This document shows, piece after piece, positions 54,526-64,000 of a DNA stretch of 64,000 bases. The stretch is taken from contig NC_068988.1 of NCBI RefSeq assembly GCF_001194135.2, positions 96,436,884 through 96,500,883 of the forward strand, written 5' to 3'. Both the position numbers and the translations under genes were made by a program. Numbering within the stretch: the stretch's first letter is position 1; every line of letters begins with the position of its first letter. The notes under the pieces are model-generated. The model did not search any database, had not been told where the DNA came from, and was given only the letters and a program-made list of their open reading frames with translations. Source of the DNA: Octopus bimaculoides. Lineage: Eukaryota.

Positions 54526-55394
54526 TTGAGGTCTGTTGTTTTGCCACCTTAAAGAGACATGCACCTTAACTGAATTGCGTGGGGTTGTATCTGAGGAGAA
54601 ATTAGTCTGTATTTAATTTGAATCTCAAGAAACTGGAGAGAAATTTATACAGCAACCTTACGGCGAGGAAGNNNNNNNNNNNNNNNNNNNNNNNNNNNNN
54701 NNNNNNNNNNNNNNNNNNNNNNNNNNNNNNNNNNNNNNNNNNNNNNNNNNNNNNNNNNNNNNNNNNNNNNNNNNNNNNNNNNNNNNNNNNNNNNNNNNNN
54801 NNNNNNNNNNNNNNNNNNNNNNNNNNNNNNNNNNNNNNNNNNNNNNNNNNNNNNNNNNNNNNNNNNNNNNNNNNNNNNNNNNNNNNNNNNNNNNNNNNNN
54901 NNNNNNNNNNNNNNNNNNNNNNNNNNNNNNNNNNNNNNNNNNNNNNNNNNNNNNNNNNNNNNNNNNNNNNNNNNNNNNNNNNNNNNNNNNNNNNNNNNNN
55001 NNNNNNNNNNNNNNNNNNNNNNNNNNNNNNNNNNNNNNNNNNNNNNNNNNNNNNNNNNNNNNNNNNNNNNNNNNACACACACACACACACACACATGCAG
55101 ACAGTACATAAATGCATACACACACACAAGCACACACACACAAGCACACACACACACAAGCACACACACACACACGAATATATCTCTATGTATATCTGTA
55201 TATGTGTACAGATAGGCATGTGTGTATGTTTGTATCTATCTATCTATCTATGCACACAAAATATTTGTATCTGTGTATGTGTATCTACGCACTCACGCAC
55301 GTGGATGTGTGTATATATATGTATAAAATCGAAAGAGGAGAAAGAGATGAAGAGAGAGCGAGTGTATGTGTGAGATAAATAGATACATAGAGAA

Positions 55395-55425
<31 letters not shown>

Positions 55426-55429
55426 GATA

Positions 55430-55523
<94 letters not shown>

Positions 55524-55676
55524 GAGAGAGAGAATGCGAGCACGCGTGGAAGAGTGATAGAGAGAAATACCAATATCAAACGGCTTTGTGAGTTATCAGA
55601 AGCATGAAATTAAAATTTTCCCATTACACCTAATTAATAGAATATAACCTAACACAAAGCGTGTTCTGTACATTCT

Positions 55677-55722
<46 letters not shown>

Positions 55723-55806
55723 CACACACATCCTCACTATCATTCTTTTTTTGCGTCTATNNNNNNNNNNATACACACACATCCTCACTATCATTCTTTT
55801 TTTGCG

Positions 55807-55841
<35 letters not shown>

Positions 55842-56319
55842 CTCTATCTATCTATCTTCCTTTCTTTCTTTCTATCTATCTAGATTGATAGATTGATAGA
55901 TAGGAATGTATATACATAAGCCTTACGCAGAATTGTATGTATGAGTGTCTTATGGGTATTTATGTGTGGGTGTATAGGGTGTGTTTAATTCGTCGAAGCC
56001 AAGTCTTTTTCGCTGTGAGTGTTCTACAACTGATTAGAAATATATTAAAGCAGCGAAGAAAATGTTTATGATTACGAAGCAGATCGTCAAGGGAGAATCC
56101 ATGAGGTACGAATACAATGAAGAGGTGCATATATTCGTATATATTAACGTATATATTAACGTATATATTTAGATACCGACTAAATTTATAGTCCTGGTAA
56201 CTTTTACATTGTATTTAATGGTAGCTTTTGAAAACATGTTTATAGGCGTGAACACAAGAAACCCTCCCTACTTGTGTTAAGGAGTTTACGTTTGGAATTT
56301 AAGATTTGGTATAATGCAA

Positions 56320-56380
56320 AAGGCGGTGCTCCAGCATGGCCGCAGTCACATGACTGAAACAAGTAAAAGAATAAAAGAAT
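56320..56380 (+). mobile_element. SINE family S2, 3' tail fragment
   Basis: aaggcggtgctccagcatggccgcagtcacatgactgaaacaagtaaaagaataaaag. Confidence 0.8.
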
Positions 56381-56399
56381 ATATGTATATATATATATA

Positions 56400-56491
<92 letters not shown>

Positions 56492-56890
56492 AGCATCATA
56501 CAAGCGTATATGAAATATACGAATCCATGTGTAAATCTATTCGCTTGTGCGCATGTAATCTTTGCTTGTTGGAACATACTTCTCTGCATTTATATAAAAT
56601 GTATAAGGAAGTAGTCATGCGCGTGTTGTCTATTTGTTAGCATGTGTTCAGATATGTGGTTATATATAAACATCCAGTTGTATGAGTGCAGGCGTACTGT
56701 GGGGTTTTTTTTATGTATGTACTTTTTAATGTACGTTTGTGTGAGCGGGTGTCCTATTGTGTAAATGTGTGCTAGTGTGTACAAACAAACATGTGGTTGT
56801 GTGTAATGAGATAAGCCTTTCGAAATATACATTTCAGTCAGTTTCGCTTGAAATCTGATCGATGTACATTTATGTAATCTACTTTGAGAT

Positions 56891-59038
56891 TAGGGAGTGT
56901 TGGTAGATGAGTCTCCTGGGTACAGGACAATCATCTACCAAGATGCCAGTCCATATTCTGTCACCGAAATGGTTGAATCCACCTAGCCCTCACAAAGTGA
57001 CTCACTCTGTTACAATTTCATCGTTGTCAGCACATAATGGCGGGGTTATTTTTAATATCATTTTTTTAACATGCAGTACGAACTTTAACTTCACTTTTGA
57101 GAGAACTTCGGATTAAAATGGATCGCCATCAACGCTTCCACCCTACCAATGAGATTGTTCTAACTGCTCATTCTGCTGCTATATTTGATTTTATTACTTC
57201 CTGTGATAAAGAGCAAAAATTCTGGTGGCTGTTAATGAGTTGTGTTTGGTTTCTAGTTTAAGTGCCTTGAAGCATAGGGTTTCAATTCAACATAAAAGAT
57301 TAAATTTTGATCTACCTGCCTAAAATTTGCACATTTATTGACTTTTTCAGATGCCTCGGAAATATGTCCGGATGACCAATAGTGGGGCTGAGATTGTAGG
57401 GCGAGAGATCGCGTCAGGGAAGGATGCAGTATCCGTGCTGCTGCTAAATATTTCAATATAGCAAGAATGACACTTTAAAAGATACATAGACAAATGCAAT
57501 CAACAAAATGACGAGCAAAACGAAGTGTTTGGGTACAAAAATTGCAGGATAAAAAATATGACATTTTCATCGGAGATGGAAACTGAGTTATCGACTCACA
57601 TAAAGACATTGGCCGAGCAGTTCCATGGACTCACACAAAATAAATGCTGTGAGTTGATAGTGGAATGTGCATTAAGAAACAATGTTACGGTCCCTGATTC
57701 TTGGCAATAAAACGGAATAACTGGCGAGCATTTTTGGAAATCCTTTAAAGAAAGAAACCATCTATCAATTCAAACACTAGAAGCTGCATCTCTTGCTAGA
57801 GCAAGTGCGTTCAATCGCTATAACATTGGCAAGTTTTACGGCAACTTAAAGAATGTTATGGATCTGCACAAGTTTGAATGCCACGACATTTATAATGAAA
57901 TGAAACCGGGTGCACAACTGTGAATCAACCTGAAAATGTTGTTTTGCTGCAGAGGGAGTGAAACAAGTAGGATGTATAACTTCCGGCGAGAGAGGACACT
58001 TTGTAACAGTTGTGTATGCAGTTCATGCAGCAGGAAATGTTGTTCCATCACTGCTGATCTTCCCACGAAAAAACAATAGGGATTATTAAATCGAAGTGGT
58101 CCTGCAGGATGTATCGGAGGAGTCAATTCCAGTGGATGTATTAATGAAGATCTGTTTATGGCTTATATAAAAACACTTTATAGCCTACACCGGGTGCAGG
58201 AAAGAAGAAAATGTTGTCAATTTGGACAGTCACGAAACTCATGTGTTTCTTGCAGCAATTCACTTGGCCAAGAAAAATGGGATGATATTATTGACAATAC
58301 CACCTCATACAAGCCATAGGCTTCAAACGTTGGATGTGAGCTGATATAAGACATTCGGCATATATTCGAGCAGTTGATAACTGAATGCGTTCCCATCCCG
58401 GAAAGTCGATTACAAAATATGATAATCCTGACTTCGTTTCACTTGCTGAGATACATGGTCTTACTGCTCAAAACATTATCTTTGGGGTTCAACAAACGGG
58501 AATTTATCCCTTTAACCAAGATGTGTTCTGTGAGACAGAGTTTGCGCCTGCAGTAGTAACAGATCGAGATATTCCAGCAGTTTCTTATGAAAACCAAGCA
58601 GATGTTCTCCAATCAAGTTTTAAAGAAACATCAGTTTCTTATTCAATGACAGAATCACCCAACATTTCCCAGGAACCATCAACGTCCACCGGAACTGCTA
58701 CTCAGAATGTTGAACGGAATGGAGTTCACAACACTTCAAAATAAAGCACAAACCATTTATACGTAGTTATATAAGTATTTCATCTTAGCGTACAATCAAT
58801 TAAAATATCACTTATCCTAAGTCCCCCTATGTCCCAACTCTCACCACCCCCTGAGAGGGTTGGATCAAATCGTGCTCTCGTTGTCTCAGTTTACACCCAT
58901 TTGAAAATATATCCCTGGCGTATATACGTTACAAGTCTACGAATGTTACAAGTTGGTAAAGAATTCTTTCTTATGTACGGAGAGTCCATATCATATTGAA
59001 ATGTAAAAAAATTACCCAACTCTCCCAAGCTTCCCCTA
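56891..59038 (+). mobile_element. Extent of the pogo-like DNA transposon (right end fairly clear, left end uncertain)
   Basis: Right terminus ttacccaactctcccaagcttcccc|TA (59012-59038), with a related subterminal copy near 58825-58850. The left candidate tagggagtgttggtag (56891) matches the inverted right end only loosely. Confidence 0.5.
57351..58744 (+). pseudogene. Decayed pogo-family (Tc1/mariner superfamily) transposase: HTH_psq, CENP-B-type HTH and DDE_1 domains, with several frameshifts and stops
   Basis: Hand translation across frames: start MPRKYVRMT (57351); SIRAAAKYFNIARMTL (psq HTH); LAEQFHGLT...WQ*NG..G..FWKSFKERNHLSI..LEAASLARASAFN (CENP-B HTH region); NETG (DETG motif, ~57899); GERG..VTV..AV.AAG.VVP.LLIFPR; LDSHETH (~58222); PPHTSHRLQTLDV (~58310-58338); low-complexity C-terminus ending at TAA 58744. 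Confidence 0.93.
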
Positions 59039-59040
59039 TA

Positions 59041-59990
59041 TATCAATCGGTTCTACTTTCGCTTATAACACTTAGTCCTTGATGCGGTTCCTGTCAGGAT
59101 TGATCACATAATCCTTATGATCAAAAGTGTTTCCACCGTGAAACATGCCATCTTTTTCGAAGGCACATTATATTTATGGTTACATTATCGAATGAGTGAA
59201 GATATTTGGTTGCTAATCCAAGTAAACAAATGCGTAGAAGCTCTCTTATTAGCATTATTCACAGAATTTATGTGTAGGAGGCATTTTGATGTAATATTTT
59301 GTGCTGCCTGAGTTGATGCGAAATTGGATGGCATTACGGTAAAATTGTATTCTAACAAGTTCTCTAGGAATTCATAGGAAGTTCACAGTTACGTGTTTCG
59401 TTTTAATGATTTGCATTGCTGCGAATTTTATTGTTGGAGTTTTATTGTTACAACTCGCAGCCAAGCGGATGAACACTGTAGAATGGCAGTTGGCATCTTT
59501 ATGAAAGATACTTTGTTGATGAAATGTTTTCTTTCAAATTTAGAACCTTTTATAATTGATATGATGTTGTGTAGCTGTTTTATTGCCTAATAAAAGTGCA
59601 GTATTTCACAGAAAGGTCGTTATGTAGCGAGATATATTCAGCAGTATAATTCAGCATGTGTTTATATACCTGAATATTTTTGAGTGTTGTTAAAAAATTT
59701 TAATCATTCAAGTCTATAAACTCAGTTTTCATTGCATGCGAACTTAATAGGGCATTATGTTCAGTGCATCCTTTATTATATGCGTATTCCTAGACATAAG
59801 CATGTTTTTCCGAAGCTGTATCCTTATATGGAAGTTAAGAACATTTGGAGTCTTTGTTAAAATACGCGGTTCTATCTTCAAACTGTGCATCTTGTCATCT
59901 ATCTATCTTGTCATCGTTGCCACAAAATGTATTGACATAGAATTAAGGAAACCTTCCGATGTCAGAAAAGGAAACTGATGAATAGATTAT
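59041..59990 (-). mobile_element. Highly decayed RTE-like LINE, apurinic endonuclease domain
   Basis: Minus-strand motifs in APE order despite many stops: FEDRTAYF (59882-59865), EHNALLS, ND*...NIQVY (59675-59664; cf. IQVYAP), HNDL, ENLLEY (59358-59347; cf. NGExLLxF), HLFTWIS, DYVINPDRNRIKD (cf. IDYxL...KD). Confidence 0.62.
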
Positions 59991-60045
59991 GAGCAAAGAA
60001 GTTTCGGTGTGATCACGTGTCTTTCCGTCTCTCTGTAAACGATTG

Positions 60046-60208
60046 GCCGATGTATGCGTGTGCCGATGTATGCGTGTGCCGATGTATGCGTGTGCCGATG
60101 TATGCGTGTGCCGATGTATGCNNNNNNNNNNGTGCCGATGTATGCGTGTGCCGATGTATGCGTGTGCCGATGTATGCGTGTGCCGATGTATGCGTGTGCC
60201 GATGTATG
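60046..60208. repeat. 16-bp minisatellite (GCCGATGTATGCGTGT)n, about 10 visible copies, interrupted by a 10-N gap
   Basis: Direct reading. Confidence 0.95.
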
Positions 60209-61042
60209 TGTGTGATAATTGCTAGAATCGGTCCTGCTTGGTTTGAACGCGCAGTCCTTTCGCTGTCATATCTCTATTGAAATGAACTGTTTTTGTTTCA
60301 ATCAATTTTTAAAATAATGAAAAATTTGTAAAACAATTGCTGGGAACGTAAATTAACATGAAGTTTAGATTGAAAGTTTTAAATTAGATCCATTTAAAGC
60401 AGGAAGTTTGAATCATAGAATCAGAGCCGGTCTCTGGTGGGTTCATAAGGTCCTTCAGCTCAATAATCCACTCCCAGGAAACATGTGGTCATGATATATT
60501 CGTTTTTGATTTAGCTAGAAATTCACCGGGGATTTGTAAAAAGAGCTAAGTCAATCTCGGCACATGGCTGCTTCTTAAGTTATCGATTTTGGAAACATAT
60601 GGAGTAAAATGAGCAACAGATGGATTTGAACTTAGAAACTTGAGGTGTGAAACTAAGCACCGTAGCGATTTAGTCCGGCACTTTATCATTTTCGCTAATT
60701 CGCTACTCTTTAAAACATAGTTATAATATATTACGAGCAGCAGAGAAACGAACTGAGCCATTGCATGGAGACAGCTGGAGCAGCCATCAAATGGAGATGA
60801 GTCTATCAACAAACACGGACAGACAATCGCACACACACACAAACACACACAAAACAATCACACAAACACACTCACACATGTATGCACGCTCACACCATCA
60901 AACGTCGACATTAAGGACATAACCTTATAATAATATAATTGACACAATTTTGGTGTTGATTTTCTTTACCATCCTTTACTTCCTCTTTTCATTGAAGAGT
61001 GGAGCCCTCTATGTAATTCCTGTATGTCCCCTCCTCACAATA

Positions 61043-61092
<50 letters not shown>

Positions 61093-61435
61093 CTACCCTT
61101 TTCTATTATGCCATCTGTTATTTTAATTATCAAACTATGGTCAATTTTCATAACATTTTTTCTTGTGATTTTTAGTTTGTTTATCTAGGAAATGATATTT
61201 CGTATTTATTAGCTGTCCCTTACAAAATAATAGCTTTCGGTCCCCGAGGATTCTTTTCTCATTTTAATTTTGATACGAATGTATTCATCTACAAGCGAAC
61301 AGGCGGACAGGCGGGCAGGCAGGCGGACAGGCGAGTACAGAAATACATACGGATACAAAACGATTAACGGTTATATATATATATACCTTATATATATACA
61401 AAATTATGAATACATTTATAGTCATGACTACGCGA

Positions 61436-61570
61436 TTCAGAAGCTTGCTTTGCAACCACGGGATTTGGAGTTCAGTCTCACTGTGCAGCACTTTGGCCAA
61501 GCTTCTCTAAGTCAAACCCTGGACCGACCAATGTCTTGTAAATAAATGAATTTGGTAAACGGAATCCCGT
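61436..61570 (+). mobile_element. SINE family S2, head fragment
   Basis: agaagcttgctt.gcaaccac...gttcagtctcactgtgcagcactttggccaag...gaccgaccaatg.cttgt. Confidence 0.65.
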
Positions 61571-61649
61571 TGTATACATACATACATACGTACATACATA
61601 CATACATACATACATACATACATACATCTCCCTGTTTCTTTCTGTATTC

Positions 61650-61685
61650 CTTTCTGTGGAAGAGCGTAGGCTTGAAAGTTTAAAG
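61650..61685 (+). ncRNA. Degenerate hammerhead motif, same family as 6968-7002
   Basis: CUUU - CUGUGGA - A - GAGC guag GCUU - GAAA - GUUU - AAAG. Downstream CTTCCC(T)GAGCGT is shared with the 6.97-kb copy. Core is mutated. Confidence 0.45.
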
Positions 61686-61980
61686 ACTTTTTCACTTCCC
61701 GAGCGTTAAACTAATACATATGTTTGTTGTCTACACCACCTTTTTTGTGAATTCTACCCTTATATATATNNNNNNNNNNNNNNNNNNNNNNNNNNNNNNN
61801 NNNNNNNNNNNNNNNNNNNNNNNNNNNNNNNNNNNNNNNNNNNNNNNNNNNNNNNNNNNNNNNNNNNNNNNNNNNNNNNNNNNNNNNNNNNNNNNNNNNN
61901 NNNNNNNNNNNNNNNNNNNNNNNNNNNNNNNNNNNNNNNNNNNNNNNNNNNNNNNNNNNNNNNNNNNNNNNNNNNNNNGC

Positions 61981-62100
61981 TCTATCTGAAACTTCCTCTG
62001 AAACTGATTTTGTTGTTGAACTTCCAGTAGGATTTTAAGTTAAATTTCCTTTGTTCAGATCTTAGTCTGACTCTTTTCACTATTTCTAATGGGCTTAATC
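61981..62100 (-). mobile_element. Possible L1/Tx1-type LINE endonuclease C-terminal remnant
   Basis: Open minus frame ...RKFNLKSYWKFNNKISF; YWKFNN (62029-62012) is typical of the end of Tx1/L1 endonucleases. Short, single motif. Confidence 0.35.
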
Positions 62101-63377
62101 CAAAAAGAAATGAAAATTAAGTTATCAGCTGTTAAAACAGCAACAACAACAACAACAACCATAAACTGGCAGAGGTTCTATGTTGGGATGGTGACATAAA
62201 ATCATCCATCTCTCTTCCTCTCGAGGAGCCACACCTTATTCACTTTGTTGTTACAACTCAGATAGCCATATTTCAATACACCTGAACGTATACTCTTGAA
62301 AGAGAGCAGAGTCTTCAATATGGAAATCTGAAACTAGGTAAATGGCGAAAAGTATTTTGCAGATACGGTTTCAAAAGCATTTTGGACTAATAGGGTGCAT
62401 TTTGGAGTATTTATCAAGAAAATAAAAATTCTACATACCTTTTCCAAGTAGTTACCAGTTGTAAGTATCTATGCACTCGTCTCTGATGAGAGCATCTCAG
62501 TGAAAATGAAGGGTTTCAGCTTGCACGGGGTTCTCAAATGAATACGGTGTTATTTATTCAAACGTAAAATAAACAATAACATGCTGTGTTCAAAGCGATA
62601 CTCTACTTTTGAAAAAAAAAAAAAAAGAAATATAGCAAACGCCACCCCAAGGGGAAATGCCGAAACCGATGAGATAAACAGTTTCTGTGATGTAGAGATA
62701 TCTCTATTCTTTTACACCAACCATTCTCGGGTACAAACTCCAAGAGTCTTAGTCAATTACATCGATATCAGGTACTGATAAATTGAATCTTATAGAAAAG
62801 TTGATATATTGAACCTTATCGATATATTGCACTTTATCGAAAGGTAGATTTTTACCAGAGTTATGTCCGTTTAAAAAGTTTCTCTGAATCAAGTGTTTGC
62901 CAAGACATCTTCTAAACCACAGAGTGACGTCTGAATGTTTACCCTCTGCGTTCAAGTCGTATTGAGGTCCACAAGTCATCATTCTTTGGTCAATTGAATT
63001 TGTGCTAACGAATCATTATGCGCCAAAGAAATTGCTAATTTCTTTCCAGAATCATTTGTATATTTGTGACCTCGTCATAAATCCCTATTCAAATGTCACT
63101 TGTGAAAAAAACTAATTTGTACTTACCGATTTTATTAAAATAGGAATCGATAGTTTTACATATTTATGTATACAAATACGTATATTTTAACAGACATTTA
63201 ATCTTCTAGATTTGTTCGTCCTAAGATGAGTAGATATTAAGACTTTTCCGAAGAGAATTACCATTGCTGATGAAATTGCATCAACCAAGCATTGAAAATA
63301 CATTCCAATTTTGGTTATCTTCACACGAAGACAAACAGTTACATATACATATATACAATATATATATATATATAATA

Positions 63378-63495
63378 GTAGGCTTCCGTCCGTCTCGAGG
63401 GGCCATGAATCGGCGCCCAAACAAATCATGTCAGCTGCTGATGGTAGTGCAGCATCTGTTGTGGCTGTAGAGGCCCACACGTCGAGTGCAATTGT
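63378..63495 (-). mobile_element. 3' end of an RTE-clade LINE
   Basis: Minus strand reads NCTRRVGLYSHNRCC (63493-63449), matching the RTE C-terminal C.SR.GL.SH.R.C motif, followed by a short 3' UTR and a (TA)n tract. Confidence 0.7.
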
Positions 63496-64000
63496 TTTGT
63501 TTTTTTGATGGCGAGTTCCTGTTTTTCTTCCGTTCCCTTCATTCCCTTTCGTAATATATATAGTCGCTGATTTTGCAGCAAGCAAAAATGCTAGTCTTAA
63601 AATCTCTCTAAGAGAACAACGCAGTGGTTATACTAACAAATAATATTCGTAGCCACTTCAACATGGCTATCCGTTCGTACGGACTTTACTGCGATTTTTA
63701 ACCCCAAGAAGACATCTCCTCCAGCTGGCTAACGATGCACAGTTGCATCCGAGATGTTGCGAGTAGGGGAGCGAACCTCTTCCACCTTCTAGCGACGGTA
63801 CCAGCAGACCAGCCTGGTTTCGGGCTATTTCTGTCTAACTTCAGTACCATATATATATTCAAATATAAATATATATAAAGACACATACATATATATATTT
63901 AAATACATCCATATGTGTGTAAGTGTATGTGTATTTCCAATTTGATACATTTATGTATACGTTTGTGGTATGTGTGTATGTTTGTATAGTCTTTATGTAT

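Noticed and set aside
62483-62505. CTGATGA-GAGcatCTC-agt-GAAA
   Set aside because: Three extra nucleotides before GAAA and no stem III or NUH context.

Overview
AT-rich, microsatellite-saturated eukaryotic draft-assembly DNA with about 25 N-gaps. The tRNA-derived SINE families look like those of octopus (recalled, not searched). I found no intact host protein-coding gene; nearly all long ORFs in the track are microsatellite or N-run artefacts. The window reads as intronic or intergenic and contains: (i) more than 20 SINE copies from at least 4 families, two with clear 14-bp TSDs; (ii) a decayed pogo transposase gene (57351-58744) and a mariner N-terminal fragment (35425-35726); (iii) about a dozen very old LINE remnants (RTE-like endonuclease, linker and C-terminus, a CR1/L2-like 3' end, a Tx1-like motif), almost all on the minus strand and partly paralogous to each other; (iv) three long inverted-repeat structures; (v) several minimal hammerhead-ribozyme (HHR) motifs of the Penelope-like-element type. 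The best candidate for a new system is a short element that can be reconstructed from two copies (15328-15562 and 38499-38767). It joins a tRNA-like Pol III head, an (AAT)n linker, a minimal type-I hammerhead with a palindromic stem III, and a TGTAAATAA-repeat tail, i.e. a possible ribozyme-carrying SINE/retrozyme hybrid. A second HHR family (6968-7002, 61650-61685) shows compensatory base-pair change. All alignments and folds were done by eye.
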